Positions 40,408 through 49,032 of a stretch of DNA of 64,000 nucleotides are shown here, piece after piece. The notes under the pieces are model-generated. The model was not told where the DNA came from and ran no database searches. It worked only from the letters and a program-made list of their open reading frames with translations. Both the position numbers and the translations under genes were made by a program. Source of the DNA: a bacterium (GTDB lineage: Bacteria > UBA8248); contig CBDBZY010000044.1 in NCBI GenBank assembly GCA_965213685.1, positions 32,001 to 96,000 on the forward strand, written 5' to 3'. Numbering within the stretch: position 1 is the first letter of the stretch; each line of letters begins with the position of its first letter.

Positions 40408-41183
40408 TTCGGGGGTTCCCAACGCCGTTTCGTTCCATCCTGTTTCCAGAACACCAAAAAGTAGGAATGGTTCTTGCGCGCATGTACCTGCCGAACGGCG
40501 CGGCTCACACCTGGTCGATTGTTGCGCATCACGACAAATAGGTCTTCAGAGACAAAGCCGATCTTCTCGTATATCTGCATTATCTCTACGTGGGTAAACC
40601 GCTGACGGTTAGAGCATACTTCGTCTTGACACTTGACGATCAACACACCACGTTCCTTGAGAACCCGGTGCGCCTCGCGTCCACCGTCTCGGTACAAGTC
40701 CAAGACTGCCTCGTGATACTTGCTACTTGTTCGATTGCCAGTGCGGTTGTTCCGGTAGTGGTCTTCAAATGGAGTATGTACCTCATGGGCGGTTCCGCCC
40801 GGCGAATGCATGTAGGGTGGATCGAAGACGACGCAGTCGATCTCTCCGTCGTCGTATGGAAGTTTGCGACAGTCGATACCGTTTTGAATGTCGGTAGCCA
40901 ATAGCTTGTACTTGTCGCAAGGCACGCGCCGCCAAAAGACGCCTCTACCGAACGTTACGTCGGCGACCACACTTCCCGGCCCTATGTAAAGATCGAGGAT
41001 GCGCGGAAACACGCGGTCGTTGCCATCCGTGCTTGCACTGAACACAAGATCGTTGGTGGCTTCGCCGTTTTGCACCCGACGTTTTTCCGAGTCCGTAAGG
41101 TCGGGATAGAGTGCCGTGGTCCCTTCCTGCATCACTTCGGAGTTTTCCGATGGCGCTTGGGTATCATCACTTGACACTATCAT
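40404..41183 (-). CDS. Putative amino-type DNA methyltransferase
   Basis: VADVTFGRG (motif I variant), VVFDPPY (motif IV) and HRVLKERGVLIVKC. Start may be ATG 41183 or a later ATG. Confidence 0.8.
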   Translation of the reverse strand: MIVSSDDTQAPSENSEVMQEGTTALYPDLTDSEKRRVQNGEATNDLVFSASTDGNDRVFPRILDLYIGPGSVVADVTFGRGVFWRRVPCDKYKLLATDIQNGIDCRKLPYDDGEIDCVVFDPPYMHSPGGTAHEVHTPFEDHYRNNRTGNRTSSKYHEAVLDLYRDGGREAHRVLKERGVLIVKCQDEVCSNRQRFTHVEIMQIYEKIGFVSEDLFVVMRNNRPGVSRAVRQVHARKNHSYFLVFWKQDGTKRRWEPPK

Positions 41184-41212
41184 AGCTGTTCCAACCCATG
41201 CAGCTTTTGGTC

Positions 41213-41293
41213 CACCTCCACGCTTTCGACCTCCTCCGCTCCGAACGCGCCGAGCCGCTCGCGCGCCTCCAGGGCGGCGAACCGCCCGGCCTC
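41213..41293 (-). pseudogene. MmgE/PrpD-family gene, short internal fragment upstream of the insertion
   Basis: Reads EAGRFAALEARERLGAFGAEEVESVEV and joins in frame with VEVWTT of the 3' fragment through the direct repeat. Confidence 0.7.
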
Positions 41294-41299
41294 TATTCG

Positions 41300-41653
41300 C
41301 TATTCGCGCCCCGGCTGGAAGATGGCCACGAGCATCACGTCTTCCGTGCCCACGCAGTTGTTGCAATGACGCGTGCCCCTGGGCATGAAGATGAACTGCC
41401 CGGGGCCGTAGTGAATCTCGCCGTCGTCGAGGTCGTACCTTCCCGTCCCGCTCACGCAGAATATGACCTCATCCTCCTCGTGGTGATGCCAGTCATGGGT
41501 TTGTCCAGGCTGTATCCGCGAGTAATAGACGGTAAGGTCCACCGCGTCTTGTGCCTTGGATACGATGGCCCTGTGGCTCGCGCCGCCGGCCATCCCCTCG
41601 GACGCGCGCTCCTCGGGCCGGATGAGCCGCGCCTTTCTTGCTGTGGTCGTCAT
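41300..41653 (-). CDS. Cupin domain protein
   Basis: ATG 41653 after AGGAG; PGQTHDWHHHEEDEVIFCVSG and PGQFIFMPRGTRH. Confidence 0.88.
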   Translation of the reverse strand: MTTTARKARLIRPEERASEGMAGGASHRAIVSKAQDAVDLTVYYSRIQPGQTHDWHHHEEDEVIFCVSGTGRYDLDDGEIHYGPGQFIFMPRGTRHCNNCVGTEDVMLVAIFQPGRE

Positions 41654-41747
41654 GAAAGCGTCTCCTCGGGGGGTGCCGCAACGCCCGTTTCCCGGCGGTG
41701 CGCCTGGTGCGCCCGCCTCAGGATGAAGGTTTCCGTATCGGCCCCCA

Positions 41748-41775
41748 AGGATAGTCCGGCTCTCCGAAATGTCAA
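41748..41775 (-). promoter_or_regulatory. Sigma70-like promoter of the cupin / prpD-like / acyl-CoA ligase unit
   Basis: Minus strand TTGACA-N16-TATCCT. Confidence 0.5.
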
Positions 41776-41936
41776 ACGCCTGGCGGGCGCGCCTGCCCGC
41801 CGCGCTTTCCGCGTGGATGGAAGCGGGAGGGTTGCGTCTTTCGCAGGATGTGCGATGAATGCTATCCTCCGGTGGACGGAAGATGGCGCGAGCGCGATTC
41901 TCCGTCGACTCACGGGCGGATGTGGGAGGTGGCGTG

Positions 41937-42386
41937 ATGGTGCGCATGGCGTGTGGGCGAATCTGCGTTTTTGTCCTGTTTCTGGCGATGGCGCTCCCCG
42001 GTTCGGGAGGGGCGGGTGCTGCGCCCGCGAATCCGCAGGGCGGCCCCATCGAGAAAAGACCCGAGGGCTTCGACACGCCGGAGCTCGGCCGCGCCCGCTT
42101 CCTGGGATGGGTGCGGCGGGATATCACCAGGCGCATTCCCGGGGAGGAGACCCTGATCAAGCAATACCTGGACGAGTGGAAATTGCGGTTCGAGACGCTC
42201 TCCATCAACAACCGGATTTTCGCCATCAACATTGACGTGGACGACAGGTATCCATACGACATCACGCTTCTTGACACGAACTGCGACGGAATCTACGAGA
42301 CCAAGGTGGAGGACAGGCCGGGGAAGCGGGTGGACATGTCGATCCCCGAATGCGTGTTTCGCCTCCCGACGGAATCCGGTCGCTGA
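41937..42386 (+). CDS. Exported hypothetical protein
   Basis: Signal peptide (..FVLFLAMALPGSGGAGA), GGAGG SD, and a DxNxDG-like loop (DTNCDGIYE). Confidence 0.65.
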   Translation: MVRMACGRICVFVLFLAMALPGSGGAGAAPANPQGGPIEKRPEGFDTPELGRARFLGWVRRDITRRIPGEETLIKQYLDEWKLRFETLSINNRIFAINIDVDDRYPYDITLLDTNCDGIYETKVEDRPGKRVDMSIPECVFRLPTESGR

Positions 42387-42440
42387 GGCGCGGGCCCGTT
42401 GCCGTCAAGGGCGAAGGCGAGAGGTGGTGGCGCCGGCGGC

Positions 42441-43232
42441 GTGCGGCGGAAAAATCCATATTCCTGTTTGCTCGTTCTGCTCGTTCTCAGCGTTTTCGCA
42501 CCCCTCGCCGACGCCCGTTCGGCATCCTCCGGGCTTCGTCTGGTGCAGGTGATGGACGTCATGGCCGATCGGCGCAACGGCCAGCCCGTCGTCTTGCTGG
42601 AGGAGAAAAAAGGGGGCGTCCTGCTGCCCATATGGATCGGGCCGACGGAGGCGCAGGCGATTCTGATGGCACTGCACGGCGTCGCGCCGCCCCGGCCCAT
42701 GACGCACGATTTGATGCGCAACCTCATCCGCATCCTCCGGGCGCGGATTCTCCGGGTGGTCATCACCGAACTCAGGGAGGGCACGTATTTCGCCTTCATC
42801 GACATCGAGGCGCGTGGGAAGCGCTTCTCCGTGGACAGCCGGCCATCGGACGCCATCGCGCTGGCCTTGCGGGTGAAATCCCCGATATACGTGAAGTCGA
42901 GCGTGATGGAGTCCGGCTTTCGGGTGGGGCGGAAATACACCCACCCCAAAAAACTGGGCGTCATCCTTCAGAAACTCACCCCCTCCCTGGCGCGCTTTTT
43001 CGGGGACGGAGAAGCGGACGGGCTCCTGGTGGCCCAGGTTCGGGAGGGCGCGCCGGCGGCGCGTGCGGGGCTCCGCCGGGGAGACGTGATATTCGAGGCC
43101 GAAGGCGAGAAGGTCGGAACGGTAGATTTTTTTGAGGATGTTTTCCTGGCGCATCCGCTGGGCATGCGCGTTTCCATCCGCAGGGGACTGGGCGGCGAAA
43201 TACGCCGCTTGACGCTCAAGGCGGGATCGTGA
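42441..43232 (+). CDS. Bifunctional nuclease (DUF151/BFN) domain plus C-terminal PDZ domain, with N-terminal signal-like peptide
   Basis: LPIWIGPTEAQAI, PRPMTHDL, DSRPSDAIALALR (DUF151); LGVILQ..GLLVAQVREGAPAARAGLRRGDVI (PDZ). Confidence 0.85.
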   Translation: MRRKNPYSCLLVLLVLSVFAPLADARSASSGLRLVQVMDVMADRRNGQPVVLLEEKKGGVLLPIWIGPTEAQAILMALHGVAPPRPMTHDLMRNLIRILRARILRVVITELREGTYFAFIDIEARGKRFSVDSRPSDAIALALRVKSPIYVKSSVMESGFRVGRKYTHPKKLGVILQKLTPSLARFFGDGEADGLLVAQVREGAPAARAGLRRGDVIFEAEGEKVGTVDFFEDVFLAHPLGMRVSIRRGLGGEIRRLTLKAGS

Positions 43233-43335
43233 AGGTTGCGTTCCAGGCGGTCCGTCCCGGGGCGGGACAAACCGCCCGCGCCGTCATCTCCCCCCGGCCC
43301 GCAACGCGGCGGCTGGTCTGAGAGGGCTCCTGGCG

Positions 43336-43917
43336 ATGCCGAGATACGCACCGAACGCAAAAGACGGCCTCATCGTCGTCGACCTGCAGGTGGATTTTTG
43401 CCCGGGCGGGGCACTCGCCGTCGCCGACGGGGAGGAGGTCGTCTCGCCGGTGAACGGGCTTCTGGAGATTTCCGCCTGGTGGAGGGTGGCGACGCGGGAC
43501 TGGCATCCTGCGGATCACGTATCGTTTCAGGGGCGGGGAGGCGTCTGGCCGCCTCATTGCGTAGCGGAAACGCCGGGTGCTGCGTTTCATCCGCGAATGC
43601 GCACCGAGAGGGTGGATGCGGTCGTCTCCAAGGCCGCCGCCCGGGACGCCGAGGCGTATTCGGGGTTTGACGGCACGGGGCTTGCGGATGATTTGCGGGC
43701 GCGGGGAATCGCGCGTCTTTTCGTGTGCGGGCTGGCGACGGATTATTGCGTCAAGGCCACGGCACTCGACGCGAGGCGGGAGGGGTTTGACGTCGTCTTG
43801 GTGGAAGACGCCGTCCGGGCGGTGAACCTCGACCCGGGGGACGGGGAGCGCGCCATCGCCGCAATGAGAGAAGCCGGCTGCGCCCTCGCCCTCTCGGAAG
43901 ATATTCGCCCGGATTAG
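43336..43917 (+). CDS. pncA: Nicotinamidase/pyrazinamidase
   Basis: VVDLQVDFCPGGALAV, TRDWHPADH, WPPHCV, YSGF and GLATDYCV. Confidence 0.93.
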   Translation: MPRYAPNAKDGLIVVDLQVDFCPGGALAVADGEEVVSPVNGLLEISAWWRVATRDWHPADHVSFQGRGGVWPPHCVAETPGAAFHPRMRTERVDAVVSKAAARDAEAYSGFDGTGLADDLRARGIARLFVCGLATDYCVKATALDARREGFDVVLVEDAVRAVNLDPGDGERAIAAMREAGCALALSEDIRPD

Positions 43918-43943
43918 CCCCGTCCGGTTTGGAGGAGGCAGCG

Positions 43944-44900
43944 GTGGCTCTGGTGCGCGTGCAGGTTCCGGCGAGCACGACGAATCTGGGCCCGGGGTTT
44001 GACGCCCTGGGCGTCGCGCTGCGGATTTACAATCGCGTGGAGCTGGACAGCCTCCCCTGGGGCGTGACGGTCCAGGTGGAGGGAGAGGGCCGGGACATCA
44101 TCCCCAGGGACGAGTCGAACGTCTGCGTGCAGGCCGTGAAGCGGGTGCATGAGCGGGCAGGGCGGCCTTTCACCGGCTTGTGGATGAAGCAACGCAACCA
44201 CATCCCCCTCGCCCGGGGGCTGGGCAGCAGTTCCGCCGCCATCGTGGGCGGCATCGTCGGGGCGAATATCCTGCTCGGCGGGCCATTGCGCATGGACGAA
44301 CTCGTCCAAATCGCCGTGGAGATGGAGGGGCATCCCGACAACGTGGTGCCCGCGCTGATAGGGGGGTTCTGCGTTTCGGCGACCACCCCCGATGGAAAGA
44401 CCATCTACACGAGAATGCCCGTGGTGTCGCATTACCGGTGGGTGATCGTGGTGCCGGCGTTCGAGGTCAGCACCCGCGCGGCCAGGCGAAAGCTGCCGGA
44501 GCGCGTCTCGCTGGGCGATGCGATTTTCAACGTTCAGCGGGTGGGCGCGCTGATGGCGGCGTTCGCCACCGGACGGGACGAGTTGTTTCGGGACGCCATG
44601 CAGGACAGGTTGCACCAGCCCTACAGGGCGGAGTTGATGGGCCCTTTGGAGGAGGCGTTCGAGGCGGCCTACGAGGCCGGCGCACTCGGGGCGTGCATCA
44701 GCGGTGCGGGCCCCTGCGTTCTGGCGATTTGCCGGAACAATCCCGGAAAGGTGGGCAATGCGATGCGCGAGGCGTATCAGGCGCGCGGCATCGGATGCCG
44801 GATGCACGTCCTGAGAATCGACACGCGCGGGGCCCGTGCGATGGAGTCGGAGCCCATGCCGGGGCAAGGTGTCTATCCGGTCGCCCGAGTAGCCCCGTAA
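43944..44900 (+). CDS. thrB: Homoserine kinase
   Basis: VPASTTNLGPGFD, IPLARGLGSS, EGHPDNV, DRLHQPYR and SGAGP; GTG 43944 after GGAGGAGG. Confidence 0.95.
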   Translation: MALVRVQVPASTTNLGPGFDALGVALRIYNRVELDSLPWGVTVQVEGEGRDIIPRDESNVCVQAVKRVHERAGRPFTGLWMKQRNHIPLARGLGSSSAAIVGGIVGANILLGGPLRMDELVQIAVEMEGHPDNVVPALIGGFCVSATTPDGKTIYTRMPVVSHYRWVIVVPAFEVSTRAARRKLPERVSLGDAIFNVQRVGALMAAFATGRDELFRDAMQDRLHQPYRAELMGPLEEAFEAAYEAGALGACISGAGPCVLAICRNNPGKVGNAMREAYQARGIGCRMHVLRIDTRGARAMESEPMPGQGVYPVARVAP

Positions 44901-44962
44901 AGCGCGGCGGGCGTCTTCGGGCTTTCAGTCCGGGGGGACAGACGCGCGCGGAACGAAAAAAC

Positions 44963-45397
44963 CTACCGGGGGCCGACGCATTCCAGCATGTTTCCGTCAG
45001 GGTCCTGGAAAAAGATGATGAACCGGCCCGGCACGACCTCGGTGACCTCGCCCATCAGCCGGACGCCCGCCGCCGCCAGGGCGTCATGGGCCTCCTGGAC
45101 GCTCTCCACCGTGAAGGTCAGGTAGCGGTATCCGGTGGCCTCGTCCACGATGCCGCCGCCCGCGGGCGGATCGGAGTCCGCCTGAACGACCTTGAGCTGC
45201 ACCTCGCCCGCCTGAAACGCCTTGAACTCGAACCTCCCCGAGGCACAGCCGGCCTGCTTCGCCTTCTCCTCTTTGATCTCGACCTCGCGCACGATCGGGA
45301 GGCCGAGGACGCCGCCGTAGAATTTCTCGGCCACCTCCAGGTCCTTGACCACGATGCCGACGTCGATGAACTCCTTGGTCATTTTCAGCAAAGACAT
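44963..45397 (-). CDS. VOC/glyoxalase family protein
   Basis: DVGIVVKDLEVAEKFYGGVLGL and FFQDPDGNMLE; ATG 45397 after AGGAG. Confidence 0.88.
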   Translation of the reverse strand: MSLLKMTKEFIDVGIVVKDLEVAEKFYGGVLGLPIVREVEIKEEKAKQAGCASGRFEFKAFQAGEVQLKVVQADSDPPAGGGIVDEATGYRYLTFTVESVQEAHDALAAAGVRLMGEVTEVVPGRFIIFFQDPDGNMLECVGPR

Positions 45398-45664
45398 TGT
45401 GTGCTCCTGTTGGTTTCCGGGACACCCTCCCGCGATGTCCGGGATGGTTCGCCCATGTGCTCGAGAGAAGAGCAGAATATCATTCTCCCCATGCGGGGGA
45501 AACTCCCCGGACGGGGGTTTCTCGGATACTCCCCTCCCCGCATTCTTTGCTAGAATCGCGAAAGACCGTGTTCCGGCGGCGGCGTTGGAGGTTGCCGGAG
45601 GACGGGGGGGAGATTTTTTCGTCCGGATAGGCGATGCGGAAGTTTTATCACGGAGGGGGTGCGG

Positions 45665-46450
45665 ATGCGTTTGGAAGGGAAAAAGGCGGTTGTCACGGGT
45701 GGAGGCGGCGGAATCGGCCGAGGCATCATTCGCGCGTTCTCCCGCGAGGGGGCGCAGATTTGCGTGGTCGACGTCCACGAGGAGGTGGCGCAAAAAGGGC
45801 TCAAGGACGCCGGTGCGGGGGCGCATTTCGCTCTGCCGGCGGACGTGACGAGCGAGGCGCAAGCGGAGGACGTCATCCGGACGGCGGCGGAGCGGATGGG
45901 GCATATCGACATTCTGGTGAACTGCCATGGCAGGGCGTCGGCGCTGATGGGAAACCCGATCGAGAGAATCACGCTGGAGGAGTGGAACGCCGTTTTCGCG
46001 GTGAACGCGACGGGCGTGTTTTTGATGTGCCGGGCCGTCGCACCCCACATGCGCGCGCGCAAATACGGCAAAATCATCAATCTGGCGTCGCTTGCCGCGC
46101 GGCGCGCGAACGAGAACGTTCCGCATTATTGCGCGTCCAAGGCGGCGTGCATGAACCTCACGATGAGCCTTGCCAAGGAGATGGCCCCGCACAACGTGAA
46201 CGTCAACGCGATCAACCCGGGCCTGTTGTGGACAAACCTCTGGGAGAAGGGCCACGGCGTGATCATCGGTGCGGAGACGGATCGCCCCGCCCGGCGGGTG
46301 TTCGACGAATTCGTCGAGGCGGCGGTTCCGCTGGGCCGCGAGCAAACGCCCGACGACGTGGGCCACATGGCGGTCTATCTCGCGAGCGACGAGAGCAGAA
46401 ACGTCACCGGACAGGGCCTGCTCCTGGCGGGCGGGGCCTGGATGGTCTAG
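45665..46450 (+). CDS. SDR-family oxidoreductase
   Basis: VVTGGGGGIG, YCASK catalytic motif and PLGREQTPDD. Confidence 0.9.
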   Translation: MRLEGKKAVVTGGGGGIGRGIIRAFSREGAQICVVDVHEEVAQKGLKDAGAGAHFALPADVTSEAQAEDVIRTAAERMGHIDILVNCHGRASALMGNPIERITLEEWNAVFAVNATGVFLMCRAVAPHMRARKYGKIINLASLAARRANENVPHYCASKAACMNLTMSLAKEMAPHNVNVNAINPGLLWTNLWEKGHGVIIGAETDRPARRVFDEFVEAAVPLGREQTPDDVGHMAVYLASDESRNVTGQGLLLAGGAWMV

Positions 46451-46465
46451 CGGGGAGGCGAAAAA

Positions 46466-47512
46466 ATGCGGGCGGTCGTGTTGCGGAAGTTTGGCGGGGT
46501 GGAGAATTTCGAGGACGCCGATTGGCCCGAGAGGGCGCCCCGCTCCGGGGAGGTGAAAATCCGTGCGCGGGCGATCTCCGTGAACCCCACCGATTTCAAG
46601 GCCAGAAGAGGCGGCAACCAGGGGGCGGTCCCCATCGTCCTGGGCAGGGACACCGCAGGCGTGGTCGAATCGGTGGGCGAGGACGTCACGGAATTCTCCC
46701 CGGGCGATGAGGTCATGGCGTATCTGCCGAGGTTTGGCGACAGCGGCGGGGACGGGTATGCGGAATTCGTGTGCGTCCACGCCGCTTTTGTCGTGAAAAA
46801 GCCGCGCAACGCCACCTTTGCCGAAGCGGCCGCCTTGCCGCTCGTCTCATTGACCGCGCATGAGGCGGTGGTGATGAAGGCCGGGGTGCGGCCGGGCGAG
46901 GCGGCGTTCGTGGCGGGCGGCTCGGGAGGGGTGGGCAGCATGGCGCTCCAGATGCTCCGGCACATCGGCGCGTCTCCCATCGTCGCCACGGCGGGAAGCG
47001 AGGAGAGCGCGGAATACATAGAGGGGTGGATAGGCGCCTCCCCCAACCGGACGTTGCAATACTCCGGGCTGTCTGTCGGCGAGTTGTCCCGGCGGGCCGT
47101 GGAGATGAACGGCGGCCGCCTCTTTCCGGCCACGTTTGATTTCGTGGGCCGCGAGATGAAAAAACTCTGCTGCGAGGTGGTGGACTACTGGGGGAGAATC
47201 TCTTCCATCGCACCGGAGCCGGGAGCCCCGATAGCGGAGTTCTTCTCCTCCCAGGAGGGCCCCCTGTTCACCAAGTCCGCTTCGTTTCACAGCGTGTTCT
47301 TGCGCGCCCCCGCGGGCGGGGGCGGCCCCGGCTATTACGGGGTCTACAAAAAAGCGCTCGAGGAGGTGCGGGGCTGGGCGGAGGCGGGGAAAATACAACC
47401 GCCGCGGATCGCCGAGATGGGGGACCTGCGCGCGGAGAACATCGCGGGGGCGCACTCCCTTCTGGAGGGGGGCCACGTCTGCGGGAAGCTGGTGTTGCGG
47501 GTGGGCGAATGA
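46466..47512 (+). CDS. MDR-family quinone oxidoreductase / zinc-binding dehydrogenase-like protein
   Basis: SVNPTDFK, LGRDTAGVV, AGGSGGVG and GHVCGKLVL. Confidence 0.88.
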   Translation: MRAVVLRKFGGVENFEDADWPERAPRSGEVKIRARAISVNPTDFKARRGGNQGAVPIVLGRDTAGVVESVGEDVTEFSPGDEVMAYLPRFGDSGGDGYAEFVCVHAAFVVKKPRNATFAEAAALPLVSLTAHEAVVMKAGVRPGEAAFVAGGSGGVGSMALQMLRHIGASPIVATAGSEESAEYIEGWIGASPNRTLQYSGLSVGELSRRAVEMNGGRLFPATFDFVGREMKKLCCEVVDYWGRISSIAPEPGAPIAEFFSSQEGPLFTKSASFHSVFLRAPAGGGGPGYYGVYKKALEEVRGWAEAGKIQPPRIAEMGDLRAENIAGAHSLLEGGHVCGKLVLRVGE

Positions 47513-48618
47513 AGCCGAAGATCGGCAGGCGAAAATTTCTCATGGCCGCCGGCCTGGCGAGCCTGGGCACCTTGGGACTTGCGGGAGGGTGCGCGCGCCC
47601 GGGGCTTGGCTTCAAGGCGCCCGCACCGCTCCCTCCCGAGAGGCAGGGCCTCCTCTCCCGGGAGGCGGAATCTCTCTATTGGCCGCCTGGCGAGCCGGGA
47701 GCGTGGCGGAATCCCTGGTGGCCGCATCCGCGCTCGAGGGCCAACCTGCTGAAATGGAAATTCTTGTACCGCAATGAATTCGCGGGGGTCAAGGCGAGCA
47801 AGGCGCCCGAGGTTCCCGTCGTTCCGAACGATGGCGCGTATCTGTCGAGGCCGCAAAAAGCGCCTTCCATCACCTGGGTCGGCCATTGCAGCTTCATCAT
47901 CCAGGACGGCGCGAACGTCGTTTTGACGGACCCGCACTTCGGCGCGCGGGCCTTCTGGCATGGACGCCACCAGCCGCCGGGCGTTCCGGCGGCCTCCGTG
48001 CCTGGAGGTGCGGTCGCCACGATTTCCCACAACCATTACGATCATCTCGATTCATGGACGATCGAGAGCCTGCCCGGGGACGTCGCGTGGTTCGTTCCGG
48101 CGGGGCTGGGCGCTTTCGTGGAATCGCGCGGCCGCCGCGCCGTGGAGCTCAAATGGTGGGAGAGTGCGCGGCATCAGGGGGTGCGCGTCACCTGCCTGCC
48201 GGCACAGCACTGGTCGAACCGCTTCGGGGTGGGCGTGAACTCGACGCTCTGGTGCTCCTGGCTCATCGAAGCCGGCGGGCGCCGGTATTTCCACGGCGGC
48301 GACAGCGGCTACTTTCACGGGTTCCGGGAGTATGGCCGCAAATTCGGGCCCATCGACGTGGCGATGCTGCCGGTCGGCGCCTACGCGCCCCGGTGGATGA
48401 TGCGCTACGCCCACATGAACCCCGCCGAGGGGCTTGTGGCGTTTGCGGATCTGGGCGCGCGCTGGATGATCCCCATGCACTGGGGGACGTTCGACTTGAC
48501 GGACGAGCCCATCGACGATCCGCCCCGTGTCCTCAGGGCGCGCATCGAGGAGACGGGCGCCGACGCCAGCCGGGTCAGGACGATGGCGATAGGCGAGCGG
48601 TGGGAGGTGGACGCCTGA
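47509..48618 (+). CDS. Metallo-beta-lactamase-fold hydrolase (NAPE-PLD/RomA-like), probable Tat lipoprotein
   Basis: GRRKFL twin-Arg plus LAGGC lipobox; ISHNHYDHLD, LPAQHWS, GDSGY, LPVGAY and PMHWGTF. Confidence 0.88.
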   Translation: MKPKIGRRKFLMAAGLASLGTLGLAGGCARPGLGFKAPAPLPPERQGLLSREAESLYWPPGEPGAWRNPWWPHPRSRANLLKWKFLYRNEFAGVKASKAPEVPVVPNDGAYLSRPQKAPSITWVGHCSFIIQDGANVVLTDPHFGARAFWHGRHQPPGVPAASVPGGAVATISHNHYDHLDSWTIESLPGDVAWFVPAGLGAFVESRGRRAVELKWWESARHQGVRVTCLPAQHWSNRFGVGVNSTLWCSWLIEAGGRRYFHGGDSGYFHGFREYGRKFGPIDVAMLPVGAYAPRWMMRYAHMNPAEGLVAFADLGARWMIPMHWGTFDLTDEPIDDPPRVLRARIEETGADASRVRTMAIGERWEVDA

Positions 48619-48681
48619 TCGCCCCCGCCGGCGGATGCGGCGCGGGGCGGGTTTTCCTGAGGAAGGGGGAGGGGGTGGATA

Positions 48682-48918
48682 GTGAACGATGCATACCGCA
48701 AGAAAAACGCCGACGACGAACAGGCGGCGCGGAGCAACCTGAACCGCCTGTTCGGCCGGCTCGCCTTCGAGAAGGGCAACGCCTACGGGCGCGGGGATGA
48801 GGAGGGGGAGGACCCGATAGCGCGGCTCCAGGATGATTCCATCGTCGCCCGAAGGCGCGTCAGAAGGAGAAAAACCGCCGATGACCGGAAGCCGCCGGAG
48901 GCGTATCCCGGGCCTTGA
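48682..48918 (+). CDS. Small hypothetical protein
   Basis: 78-aa ORF with purine-rich SD filling the intergenic space; no recognisable motif. Confidence 0.45.
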   Translation: MNDAYRKKNADDEQAARSNLNRLFGRLAFEKGNAYGRGDEEGEDPIARLQDDSIVARRRVRRRKTADDRKPPEAYPGP

Positions 48919-49032
48919 GGCTCTGCCCGCGCGGCGGCTCGACGCGCGCGAACTTGAACCGAAGCCCGAAGGGGGCTAGTCTGCTTCCGATTCCGGCATC
49001 CGCAGGTGCCTGACTTCGGGCGGGAGGCGAAC

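Larger units (their letters stand above)
39727..41223. mobile_element. Inserted lower-GC restriction-modification-like cassette bounded by direct repeats
   Basis: TGGTCCACACCTCCACGC (39727-39744) and TGGTCCACCTCCACGC (41208-41223) flank 1463 bp of lower-GC DNA that splits the PrpD frame. Confidence 0.8.
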
